From Pedobacter africanus (GTDB lineage: Bacteria > Bacteroidota > Bacteroidia > Sphingobacteriales > Sphingobacteriaceae), in contig NZ_JBEPSL010000002.1 of NCBI RefSeq assembly GCF_040548825.1, positions 486,404 to 518,403 of the forward strand: a stretch of DNA of 32,000 nt. Direction: 5' to 3'. The notes beneath the pieces are model-generated. The model ran no database searches, was not told where the DNA came from, and worked only from the letters and a program-made list of their open reading frames with translations. Made by a program: the position numbers and the translations under genes. Positions 7,892-15,511 of this stretch are shown one piece after another. Positions within the stretch are counted from its first letter, which is position 1; the number at the start of each line of letters is the position of its first letter.

Positions 7892-8554
7892 ATGCTATCT
7901 TATACTGAAGAAAACTACTTAAAGGCTTTGCTGATGCTCAGCTTTCAGAACGAAGAAAGACCGGAGGCAGGCACCAATGAAATGGCCGCCTATTTGGGTG
8001 TAAAACCCGCCACAGCTACTGATATGCTGAAAAAACTGAAGGAAAAAGAGCTGGTGACCTATCAGAAATACGGGAAGATTTTACTGACAGATGTAGGCAG
8101 AAAAAAAGGGATAGCGGTATTGAGGAAACACCGTTTATGGGAAACCTTTTTATATGAAAAACTGGATTTTAGCTGGGATGAAGTCCATGAAGTGGCCGAG
8201 CAGCTGGAGCATATCCAGTCGGCCAAACTGGTAGATAAGCTGGAAGAGTTCCTGAACTTCCCTGAATTTGACCCTCATGGTGATCCCATTCCAAAAGCAA
8301 ATGGCGATATCCCGAGCATTGATAAGGTACTTTTATCAGAAATAACGGCTGGCGAGACCTGCATGGTTGTGGCAGTAAAAGATACCTCTGCTGTATTTCT
8401 GCAATACCTGGAAAAGCTGAAGATCACGATAGGTACCAAAATAAGCGTTTTAGAGTTAATTGATTTTGACGGATCCCTTACCATAGGGATTGAAAAAGAA
8501 GAAGCAAGAAGTGTTTCCATGAAATTTGCGGAAAGCCTTTTTGTAAGGAGATAG
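7892..8554 (+). CDS. DtxR/MntR family metal-dependent transcriptional repressor (iron- or manganese-responsive) with a C-terminal FeoA/SH3-like domain
   Basis: 220 aa. N-terminal HTH (SYTEENYLKALLML...AAYLGVKPATATDMLKKLKEKELV) and metal-binding/dimerisation region (HRLWETFLYEKLDFSWDEVHEVAEQLEHI...DPHGDPIP). It is divergent from the TonB-dependent receptor. Confidence 0.9.
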   Translation: MLSYTEENYLKALLMLSFQNEERPEAGTNEMAAYLGVKPATATDMLKKLKEKELVTYQKYGKILLTDVGRKKGIAVLRKHRLWETFLYEKLDFSWDEVHEVAEQLEHIQSAKLVDKLEEFLNFPEFDPHGDPIPKANGDIPSIDKVLLSEITAGETCMVVAVKDTSAVFLQYLEKLKITIGTKISVLELIDFDGSLTIGIEKEEARSVSMKFAESLFVRR

Positions 8555-8570
8555 TTGTAAGTTTGTATCT

Positions 8571-9857
8571 ATGTCTACAGAGATAAAATGCCCCAATTGT
8601 TCGCATACCTTCCCTATTGAGGAGGTAATGGCAGAGGAATATAAAAAAGACCTTCGCGAAAAGATGGTCTCTTTTACCAAACAAAAGGACGAGGAATACA
8701 ATAAAAAGCTGAACGAGTTTGCCCAGCAGCAGAAGCAGCAGGAGCAGGCTTTTGAGCAGCAGAAACAGCAGCAGGCCCAGCTCTTTGAACAAAAACTGGA
8801 GGCTGAAAAAAAACAGCTGCAGCAGGTGCTGGAAGAAAACCTGCGCAAAAGCATTGCCTCCGATTTTGAGAACAAACTGCAAATGCTGGACAATGCCAAT
8901 AAGGAAAGCGAAGAAAAGCTAAAGCTTGCACGTGCAAAGGAACTGGAATTCCTGAAAAAGGAGCAGGCCATGAAAGAGAAAGAAGCCGAACTGGAGCTGG
9001 AGGTACAAAGAAAACTTCAGGAGCAGCGTACCGAAATGGTAGAGCAGATCCGCAAGCAGGAAGCCGAAAAAACCAGTTTAAAAGAGACGGAACACCAGCT
9101 GAGGGTAAAAGAGCTGGAAAAGCAGCTTGACGACCAGAAAAAACTGGCAGAAGAAATGAAGCGGAAGGCCGAACAGGGCTCTATGCAGCTGCAGGGCGAG
9201 GTACAGGAACTGATCCTGGAAGAGTTGCTCCGGAATACTTTTCCCTTCGATCTGGTTACCGAAGTTGGAAAAGGGGTTAGAGGCGCCGATTGTGTACACC
9301 ACATCAGGAACCAGTTTGGCCAGGAATGCGGTAAGATCATCTATGAGAGCAAGCGGACCAAGGATTTCTCTATGGAATGGATTGAAAAGCTGAAAAAGGA
9401 CATGCGCAGTATGGGTGTAGATGTAGCTGTAATTGTAACCCAGGCCTACCCTAAGGGCATGGACTGCTTTGGAGAAAGAGATGGGGTATGGATCTGTTCT
9501 TTTGATGAGGTAAAAGCAGTGTCCTATATCCTCAGGGATGGGATTGTAAAGTTGTTCAGCGCTGCCAAGTCACAGGAAAACAGGGGCGACAAAATGCACA
9601 TGCTGTACGACTACCTGACCAGCAATGAGTTTTCTGAGCAATGGAAAGCCATACGGGAAGGCTTCATGAGCATGAAACTGTCTATCCAGCGGGAGCGGGA
9701 TGCCATGGAAAAACTATGGAAGGCCAGGGAAAAACAACTGGAAAAAGTAATGCTAAACGCCGCCCACATCCGCGGCTCCATCGAGGGCATTGCCGGAACA
9801 GACAGCATACAGCTGAACCTGACCGATGAAGACGATGAACCTTTACTGCTGGAATAA
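8571..9857 (+). CDS. DUF2130-like protein: N-terminal CxxC motif, long Q/E/K-rich coiled coil, C-terminal PD-(D/E)xK nuclease-like core
   Basis: 428 aa. N-terminus MSTEIKCPNCSHTFPIEEV; ~200 aa of heptad-like QQKQQEQ/EKELE sequence; C-terminal GADCVHHIRNQFGQECGKIIYESKRTKD (D...ExK pattern at ~nt 9283-9353). It starts 16 nt after the repressor gene stop. Confidence 0.8.
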   Translation: MSTEIKCPNCSHTFPIEEVMAEEYKKDLREKMVSFTKQKDEEYNKKLNEFAQQQKQQEQAFEQQKQQQAQLFEQKLEAEKKQLQQVLEENLRKSIASDFENKLQMLDNANKESEEKLKLARAKELEFLKKEQAMKEKEAELELEVQRKLQEQRTEMVEQIRKQEAEKTSLKETEHQLRVKELEKQLDDQKKLAEEMKRKAEQGSMQLQGEVQELILEELLRNTFPFDLVTEVGKGVRGADCVHHIRNQFGQECGKIIYESKRTKDFSMEWIEKLKKDMRSMGVDVAVIVTQAYPKGMDCFGERDGVWICSFDEVKAVSYILRDGIVKLFSAAKSQENRGDKMHMLYDYLTSNEFSEQWKAIREGFMSMKLSIQRERDAMEKLWKAREKQLEKVMLNAAHIRGSIEGIAGTDSIQLNLTDEDDEPLLLE

Positions 9858-10166
9858 ATGATCTATTCGAATAAGAAAGTACAAACTTCGGCCAACCTTG
9901 CAGCACAGAACGCAAAGATCATTGCAAATGTAAACGCACTTAAAGAAAAGGATTTGCTCAGGATTGAAGGAAACGATGTCTTTGTATATCCGGCCATATG
10001 GAAAGATCAGGCTACGGCCTTGAACTGGCTCAAATGCCTGCACATCTATTGTATGCTGAAACATCGCTTTAAAGAAAAAGACCCGCTTAATTTTAAGCAC
10101 TTTACCACGGGAGAACTGATCGGCACCTTTAAAAACAAAAAGGCAACCCTGCTTTTTACTTTTTAG
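9858..10166 (+). CDS. Hypothetical protein (102 aa), contiguous with the DUF2130 gene
   Basis: Its ATG directly abuts the DUF2130 TAA (TAAATG at 9855-9860). Codon usage looks plausible and no family was recognised. Its 3' end overlaps the convergent rlmF 3' end by 11 nt. Confidence 0.45.
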   Translation: MIYSNKKVQTSANLAAQNAKIIANVNALKEKDLLRIEGNDVFVYPAIWKDQATALNWLKCLHIYCMLKHRFKEKDPLNFKHFTTGELIGTFKNKKATLLFTF

Positions 10167-11109
10167 GCTGCCACCTTTCCTGGGCCCATTGCTGCTGCGC
10201 GCGCTCCGCTAAAAAAGACCAGGCCACAAAACGGCTGATTTTTTGTCCCTGCGCCATTTCCACCGTCCTGACAGCTGCTGGTTTTACCTTTTCCAAAGCT
10301 TTATAAATAAAACCAAGATTACTGCTTTTGGAAACCAGGCTGCTGAACCAGAGGCATTGACTAGCTATAGCCGCACTGTCGTTGATCATATTCCGGATAA
10401 AGGCCACTTCTCCGCCCTCGTACCAAAGTTCGGCATGTTGCCCACCGAAATTCAGGACAGTTTCTTTTCCCCTGCCTTTACCCAGGTTCTGCAGCTTTCT
10501 CCTGCTGCCAAACTGCGCCTCTTCGGCAGAAGCATGAAAGGGAGGGTTGCAAATACTGAAATCAAAGCGTTCCCCCGGTTTAACAATCCCTTTAAAGATA
10601 TGCCCTTTATGTTGCTGCTGCCGGCAGGCTACCGCATTTGTCAAGCCAGGATTGGCAGCAATAATGGCCTTTGCCGCTTTAATTGCGCCCGAGTCTATAT
10701 CAGAGCCCACAAAGTTCCATCCGTACTCCTGTACACCGATAATCGGATAAATGCAATTTGCCCCCATTCCTATATCCAGTCCTTTTACCTGTTTGCCTTT
10801 TGGCGGTATGCCTTTATTTCCTTCGGCCAGCAAATCGGCCAGGTAATGGATATAGTCGGCCCTGCCGGGAATAGGCGGACAAAGGTAATTTGCCGGGATA
10901 TCCCAATTGCTGATGCCATAAAAATGCATCAGCAAAGCCCTATTCAGCATTTTAACGGCTGCCGGGTCAGAAAAATCGACAGACAGCGCCCCGTGGGCAT
11001 TCACTGCCACAAAGGGCTGTAAAGCGGGCAGGCTTTTGATCAACTCCGGGAAATCGTACCGGGAGCGGTGTTTGTTACGTGGATGAAGGACGTGCTTTTC
11101 TTCGGACAT
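10156..11109 (-). CDS. rlmF: 23S rRNA (adenine1618-N6)-methyltransferase RlmF
   Basis: Motifs: HPRNKHRSRYDFPELI..., the SAM-MTase fold, and motif IV NPPFHAS. The track ORF starts at a GTG (11145) that lies inside the tRNA terminator hairpin, so I prefer the ATG at 11109 (MSEEKHVLHPRNKH...). Confidence 0.85.
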   Translation of the reverse strand: MSEEKHVLHPRNKHRSRYDFPELIKSLPALQPFVAVNAHGALSVDFSDPAAVKMLNRALLMHFYGISNWDIPANYLCPPIPGRADYIHYLADLLAEGNKGIPPKGKQVKGLDIGMGANCIYPIIGVQEYGWNFVGSDIDSGAIKAAKAIIAANPGLTNAVACRQQQHKGHIFKGIVKPGERFDFSICNPPFHASAEEAQFGSRRKLQNLGKGRGKETVLNFGGQHAELWYEGGEVAFIRNMINDSAAIASQCLWFSSLVSKSSNLGFIYKALEKVKPAAVRTVEMAQGQKISRFVAWSFLAERAQQQWAQERWQPKK

Positions 11110-11133
11110 GTATTTGCGAGATTCGTTATAACG

Positions 11134-11163
11134 AAAAAAGACCACTTTTTGGGTGGTCTTTTT
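11134..11163 (-). terminator. Rho-independent terminator after the tRNA-Val pair
   Basis: The minus strand reads AAAAAGACCAC-CCAAAAA-GTGGTCTTTTTT. The stem is a GACCAC/GTGGTC core extended by A:T pairs, followed by a T6 run, and begins right at the 3' CCA of tRNA copy 1. Confidence 0.65.
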
Positions 11164-11240
11164 GGTGGGAGATACTGGGTTCGAACCAGTGACCCCCTGC
11201 TTGTAAGGCAGGTGCTCTGAACCAGCTGAGCTAATCTCCC
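11163..11240 (-). tRNA. tRNA-Val (anticodon UAC), copy 1, with encoded CCA
   Basis: The reverse complement folds as a cloverleaf: acceptor GGGAGAT/ATCTCCC, D arm GCTC...GAGC, anticodon arm CCTGC-CTTACAA-GCAGG (anticodon TAC), T arm ACTGG-TTCGAAC-CCAGT, discriminator A, CCA. Length 78 nt. Confidence 0.92.
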
Positions 11241-11284
11241 CTTGGTTCTGCTCTTTTTATTTTGAAACAGCTGAGCGGCTGTTT

Positions 11285-11362
11285 TGGTGGGAGATACTGG
11301 GTTCGAACCAGTGACCCCCTGCTTGTAAGGCAGGTGCTCTGAACCAGCTGAGCTAATCTCCC
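11285..11362 (-). tRNA. tRNA-Val (anticodon UAC), copy 2, identical to copy 1
   Basis: Identical 78-nt sequence 122 nt upstream of copy 1. A few flanking nucleotides are also shared (CCAAGG 5' leader; AAAA trailer on the minus strand). Confidence 0.92.
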
Positions 11363-11404
11363 CTTGGTTCGTCCCTCTCAAAGAAACCCTTTGTTTTGGG
11401 ATTG

Positions 11405-11435
11405 CAAATATACACCCTAAAATCATTTTTGCAAA
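11405..11435 (-). promoter_or_regulatory. Bacteroidota sigma-A type promoter for the tRNA-Val operon
   Basis: The minus strand reads TTTG (11435..11432), 19 nt, then TATATTTG (11412..11405), matching the -33 TTTG / -7 TAnnTTTG consensus. It lies ~40 nt upstream of tRNA copy 2. Confidence 0.55.
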
Positions 11436-11450
11436 AAAAGATGTGGTTTT

Positions 11451-12176
11451 TTAAGACAGAACATCTTCCAGTACCTGGTGGGAACGGATCTCACCAAAAG
11501 ATGCGGTATGTAAAGTGTAGTAAACCAGTATTTTATCCAGTATGGAGCGCCTCGTTTTATTTTCTATATTTATTTCATTTATTTTTTCAAAAGGCAAAGA
11601 AAATAAGGAAATGAATACCAAAGCATCGGCCTTGACCAGAAAATAGGGGTGTACCGGTACAGCAGATCTGAATTCCCCCTCCTGCAAATCGAAATAATTC
11701 TGGTCGCTTTTGCTTTCGGTACTTGGTGCAAAACCTAAAAACCGGGAAAGCTTAAGCAGAAATGCAAGGTGAAAGTTTACGTTTTGTTCTTCCGTTTCAT
11801 CAAACCAGCATATGGCATTAAAAATAAAATCAAACAATTGTTCATCCGTGGTTTGCTGGCGGATGCTTTTGTATAAGACCTCATTCAGGAAAATAACAAT
11901 GGTGCTTTTAATGATGTCATAAGGAATGTTCCTGAACACGGGCGCCGGGCGGAGTTCTGAAATACGCTGTATATTTGTATTGGCCTTATGGTAAACCACC
12001 ATGTCTACCAGGTGCAGGGGCTGAAGCATATTCATACTGATCTTTGCCCTGGGCTTTTTAACGCCATTGATCATATAAGACTGTATGCCAAACTTTTCAG
12101 TGAAGATCTGAACCACCACACTGTTTTCGCTGTATAACGTGGTCTTTAAAACAATGCCCCTGGTTTTATGCAGCAT
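11451..12176 (-). CDS. recO: DNA repair protein RecO
   Basis: 241 aa. The N-terminal OB-fold pattern MLHKTRGIVLKTTLYSENSVVVQIFTEKFG...MLQPLHLVDMVVYHK is typical of RecO. Its start overlaps the dgkA stop by 11 nt. Confidence 0.88.
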   Translation of the reverse strand: MLHKTRGIVLKTTLYSENSVVVQIFTEKFGIQSYMINGVKKPRAKISMNMLQPLHLVDMVVYHKANTNIQRISELRPAPVFRNIPYDIIKSTIVIFLNEVLYKSIRQQTTDEQLFDFIFNAICWFDETEEQNVNFHLAFLLKLSRFLGFAPSTESKSDQNYFDLQEGEFRSAVPVHPYFLVKADALVFISLFSLPFEKINEINIENKTRRSILDKILVYYTLHTASFGEIRSHQVLEDVLS

Positions 12177-12525
12177 GGCAAAGCAGTTTTGGAATAAATA
12201 TAACCAGGCCTATTGCTGCAGCAGTAAGTGCCGCAACCAATACTGCAGCAGCCGAAACGTCTTTGATGATTTTTGCCTTGGGGTGTATCTCGGGTGAAAC
12301 CAGGTCTGTCAATACCTCAATTGCTGTGTTCAGCAGCTCAGTTACCAGTACCATTCCGGCAGCGCCGATAATCCAGAGCCATTCTGCCCATGTCAGTTTA
12401 AGCCAATAGCCCAATGCAATGACCAGGACCAATGCCAGCAGGTGTACCCTAAAGTTGAACTGGGTTTTAAGGACATGGCCCAGTCCGGAAAATGCATAAC
12501 CAAAACTCTTGATAAACCTGCTCAT
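12166..12525 (-). CDS. dgkA: Diacylglycerol/undecaprenol kinase family protein (DgkA family)
   Basis: 119 aa, three TM helices. Motifs FRVHLL..., ELLNTAIEVLTDLVSPEIHPKAKIIKDVSAAAVLV. Confidence 0.85.
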   Translation of the reverse strand: MSRFIKSFGYAFSGLGHVLKTQFNFRVHLLALVLVIALGYWLKLTWAEWLWIIGAAGMVLVTELLNTAIEVLTDLVSPEIHPKAKIIKDVSAAAVLVAALTAAAIGLVIFIPKLLCHAA

Positions 12526-12644
12526 ATGGTGTTGACTGAGTACAATAGCAAAACATACAAAGTAAACCTTACTTTCTTACATATCCAAGTTTCAGTAAAA
12601 CCTGGAAGCAAAGAAGGACAACCTCATCAGATGCCCTTTTGTTG

Positions 12645-13142
12645 TCAATGCAAACTGATCACCCTTGTAATCTGCCAGCTACCATCTTTTAACCGCCACA
12701 GGGTAACAAATTTGCTCGGACGGCTTTCTCCAGGCTCATTGATGTTACGGAAGCTATGATAGCCAAACTGGACTGCACCATAGCCCGGTATCTCGTAAAC
12801 TTCTATGCTGCCCGGTGTGAGGGTGCGCGTCACTTTACCACAGATGTTTCTCTGAATGGAGGCCAGTAAATCCTTTTTTGAATTGGAAAAACCGCCGCGG
12901 TCATGATAGAATTCAATATCATCCGCTGTAAGTGAATCCATTTTGGCAAGCTTGCAATTGTTATAGGTATCAAAATAAATGCTGTCCATTTTGACAATTG
13001 TACGATGCAATTCCATTGATGCAGGTACGTAAGGCGCGGGCATATAACGTTTGCCAGCATCAGCAACCGGCTGATTGTTTTGCGCAAAGGTGGCGGCAAA
13101 AGAGGCTGTAAGCATAAAAGCCAATAGTAGTATTCTTTTCAT
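12645..13142 (-). CDS. Secreted NTF2-like (DUF4440/SnoaL-like) protein
   Basis: A signal peptide MKRILLLAFMLTASFAATFAQ is obtained if translation starts at the ATG at 13142; the track start at 13172 is a TTG. The DUF4440-like core reads DDIEFYHDRGG...FVTLWRLKDGSWQITRVISLH. Confidence 0.7.
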   Translation of the reverse strand: MKRILLLAFMLTASFAATFAQNNQPVADAGKRYMPAPYVPASMELHRTIVKMDSIYFDTYNNCKLAKMDSLTADDIEFYHDRGGFSNSKKDLLASIQRNICGKVTRTLTPGSIEVYEIPGYGAVQFGYHSFRNINEPGESRPSKFVTLWRLKDGSWQITRVISLH

Positions 13143-13213
13143 TTTGAGATTGCTTGTACATTTTGACATCAAAATCTAAGCTATGTTACAGGCTTACACG
13201 TGTCTGGATTGCC

Positions 13214-15511
13214 TTAAAACCCTTCAAGCACTTCATCCAGACTTCTTAAAAAAGCCCCGGCATTTTCCTTATTGAACAACATAGGCGGCTTAATCTTCAA
13301 TACATTGTGCAGAGGGCCATCGGTGCTGATCAGGAAACCCCGCTCTTTCATGCTTTCCACAATCTCGTCTATTTCGGGTACAGCAGGCTCCAGGTTTTCC
13401 CGGTTTCTCACCAGCTCGGCACCTACAAACAGGCCTTTCCCTCTTACATCTCCAATAATCTGATGTTTTGCTTTCAGTTTTTCCAATCCCTCCAGCAGGT
13501 AATTACCGGTTTCCAGCGCCCGCTGCTGCAATTCCTCATCACGGATCACTTCCAGCACTGCAATACCAGTTTCCATAGACACCGGATTACCACCATAGGT
13601 ATTGAAATATTCCATCCCGTTATTGAACGCTGCGGCCACTTCTTCGGTAAGCACTACGGCTGCCAGTGGGTGGCCATTACCTATGGGTTTGCCCAGCACC
13701 ACAATATCAGGTTCTACCCCCTGCAATTCAAAACCCCAGAACTGCTCTCCTACCCGCCCAAAACCAACCTGAACCTCATCGGCAATGCAAAGCCCCCCGG
13801 CAGCGCGAACATGACGGTAAACAGCCTGCAAATAACCTTCGGGCAAAGGGATTTGTCCGCCTACACCCAGCAAGGTCTCGCAAATAAAGGCTGCAACCCC
13901 GGTTCCTTTTGCAGCCAGGCCTTTAAGAATGTTTTGGATATCTGCAGCATATTTCTCGCCCGCTTCTGCATCTTCATAACGGTAATTTCCGCGGTATAAA
14001 TCAGGGTTCATCCCTTTGTGAATATAAGGCTGCTGCCCGGGGCCTCCTTTCCCATCGAACTTATAAGGACTTAGCTCCATGGCCACTGTTGAAGTGCCGT
14101 GGTAGGCATGATCCAGTACAATTACGTCTTTCTGTTTGGTAAAATGCCTGCTGATGCGGATGGCCAGATCATTGGCTTCACTGCCTGAGTTGCAAAAATA
14201 GCAGACTTTCAGTTTTGGCGGCAGCGTAGCCGTAATCATTCTGGCATATTTTACCAGGCTGTCGTGCAGGTAACGGGTATTGGTATTGAGCCGGGCCAGC
14301 TGCCGCTGCATGGCTTTCACCACTACAGGGTGGCAATGCCCGATATGGCTTACGTTGTTTACACAGTCGATATAGGTATCCCCTTTATCATCATACAGGT
14401 ATTGTAATGCCCCGCGTGTGATTTTCAGCTTCCTTTGATAGCTAATACTTAGGTTGGCGCCCACAATTTCCTTTCTTTCCTTTTGCAGGACTGTATCTGC
14501 TGTTTCAGTACCCAGTACAGAGGGGTATCCGCAGCAAAGGTTAAAGCGGTCCTGCGCTTTTAACGGATTAAGCTTTATCCATTGGTACAACAAAGTCCAG
14601 GCGTCTTTTTCAGATACGAAATGGTGCGCGTTGTTGCTCTGGCTCCTTTGCATGGCAGAAGTGACAACACTCATGCTCAGCCGCGCGGCAATGAGGTAAT
14701 ATAAGATGGAGAGTTCCTGTTCCGTTAATGGGTTTGCGCTGTGATAGCTGCTTAAAAACAGTTCGGCGGCCCTAAGCGGATTTGCGTTTTTAAACATCAG
14801 GTAAGTACAGGCCACTGCTACATTATCAATCAGGCAGCTTTCTACCATATCCCCAAAATCTATGATCCCGCTTACCTTTCCATCCTGTACCAGGACGTTG
14901 TAATCGTTGGCATCGTTGTGGATCACTGCCTTTCTTAAATGCCGGCGTAACGGAATCACTTCCATTTCGTACTGCAACAGAAAATAAGCTGCCATGGTAC
15001 GCTGCTCATGATCTTTAATGTAATGAAGCTGCTCCTGGCAATCCATTACCTGCGCCAGGTCCCATTTGGTATAGCGATAGGCAGCCGGGAGATTAAACCC
15101 TTTGAGGTGCTGGTCCATACCGCCCAGCATGGCGCCCAGACTTTGCGGAACCGAATCCGGGCATTCCTGCAGATCGGCCATAAATGTGCCTTCCAGATAA
15201 GAGAGCAGCCTCAGGTAAAGCACATTGCTGCCATCATGTTCTATCGTTAAGCCTTCTCCTTTTAGGTTAGGCATCACCTGCTGTATGCCCAGCTGTTCGT
15301 CTTTTTGTTTTAAGAACTGCATCACACTGATCTGGGCTTCCAGGAAAGCAGGATCTGTAGGGTTAACATTTACCTTTGCGATAAAGCTGGTGCCCTCATC
15401 CGTCTTCAGCAGAAAATTCTGGTCTTCATAACCTGCAATGGATGTAACGGTAACTTCCAGTCCGTACCGGGTACGAACCAGTTCTTTAATATATTTTTCG
15501 GAAAGTATCAT
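13214..15511 (-). CDS. Bifunctional fusion. The N-terminal half is an aminoglycoside-phosphotransferase-fold kinase (hydroxylysine-kinase-like). The C-terminal half is a class-III aminotransferase-fold PLP enzyme (phospho-lyase-like, PHYKPL/ETNPPL type).
   Basis: 765 aa, no signal peptide. Kinase motifs: [13 protein letters not shown] (catalytic loop) and GIIDFGD. PLP-domain motifs: [32 protein letters not shown] and [15 protein letters not shown] (PLP lysine). Its ATG overlaps the GH63 stop (ATGA at 15508-15511). Confidence 0.88.
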   Translation of the reverse strand: MILSEKYIKELVRTRYGLEVTVTSIAGYEDQNFLLKTDEGTSFIAKVNVNPTDPAFLEAQISVMQFLKQKDEQLGIQQVMPNLKGEGLTIEHDGSNVLYLRLLSYLEGTFMADLQECPDSVPQSLGAMLGGMDQHLKGFNLPAAYRYTKWDLAQVMDCQEQLHYIKDHEQRTMAAYFLLQYEMEVIPLRRHLRKAVIHNDANDYNVLVQDGKVSGIIDFGDMVESCLIDNVAVACTYLMFKNANPLRAAELFLSSYHSANPLTEQELSILYYLIAARLSMSVVTSAMQRSQSNNAHHFVSEKDAWTLLYQWIKLNPLKAQDRFNLCCGYPSVLGTETADTVLQKERKEIVGANLSISYQRKLKITRGALQYLYDDKGDTYIDCVNNVSHIGHCHPVVVKAMQRQLARLNTNTRYLHDSLVKYARMITATLPPKLKVCYFCNSGSEANDLAIRISRHFTKQKDVIVLDHAYHGTSTVAMELSPYKFDGKGGPGQQPYIHKGMNPDLYRGNYRYEDAEAGEKYAADIQNILKGLAAKGTGVAAFICETLLGVGGQIPLPEGYLQAVYRHVRAAGGLCIADEVQVGFGRVGEQFWGFELQGVEPDIVVLGKPIGNGHPLAAVVLTEEVAAAFNNGMEYFNTYGGNPVSMETGIAVLEVIRDEELQQRALETGNYLLEGLEKLKAKHQIIGDVRGKGLFVGAELVRNRENLEPAVPEIDEIVESMKERGFLISTDGPLHNVLKIKPPMLFNKENAGAFLRSLDEVLEGF

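Noticed and set aside
8456-8971. Several overlapping minus-strand and alternative-frame ORFs (171, 134, 87 and 67 aa) with Ser/Cys/Leu-rich sequences
   Set aside because: They are artefacts of the CAG/GAA/AAG-rich coding sequence of the DUF2130 coiled coil. They show no independent start context or motifs.
8690-9200. A repetitive-looking CAGCAG/GAAGAA-rich stretch, considered as a possible tandem repeat or CRISPR-like array
   Set aside because: There is no fixed repeat unit or spacer periodicity. It is in-frame low-complexity coding for a Q/E/K coiled coil.
10156-10166. 11-nt overlap of the convergent 3' ends of the 102-aa ORF and rlmF
   Set aside because: Short convergent overlaps are common, and no hairpin or regulatory signal is evident. 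It mainly adds slight doubt to the small ORF rather than indicating a feature.
10243-11022. 259-aa plus-strand ORF antisense to rlmF. Similar long antisense or alternative-frame ORFs occur at 13307-13999, 15964-16623, 18495-19091, 26310-26888 and 29646-30170.
   Set aside because: Each lies wholly inside a longer opposite-strand gene that has clear family motifs. Their translations are low-complexity or Cys/Arg/Pro-skewed, as is typical of shadow ORFs.
11163-11362. The tRNA pair as a possible integration hotspot or att-site duplication marking a genomic island
   Set aside because: Both copies are full-length and identical rather than one partial 3' fragment. No integrase, transposase or phage genes are in the window, and the flanking genes (rlmF, recO, dgkA) are housekeeping.
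11040-11426. 128-aa minus-strand ORF in the supplied track
   Set aside because: It runs straight through both tRNA-Val genes and the terminator hairpin. Its 'protein' is simply the tRNA sequence translated, so it is spurious.
12617-12646. Possible terminator hairpin GACAAC...GTTGTC after the DUF4440 gene
   Set aside because: It has only a 6-bp stem with an 18-nt loop, overlaps the stop codon, and has a poor T-run. That is too weak to call.
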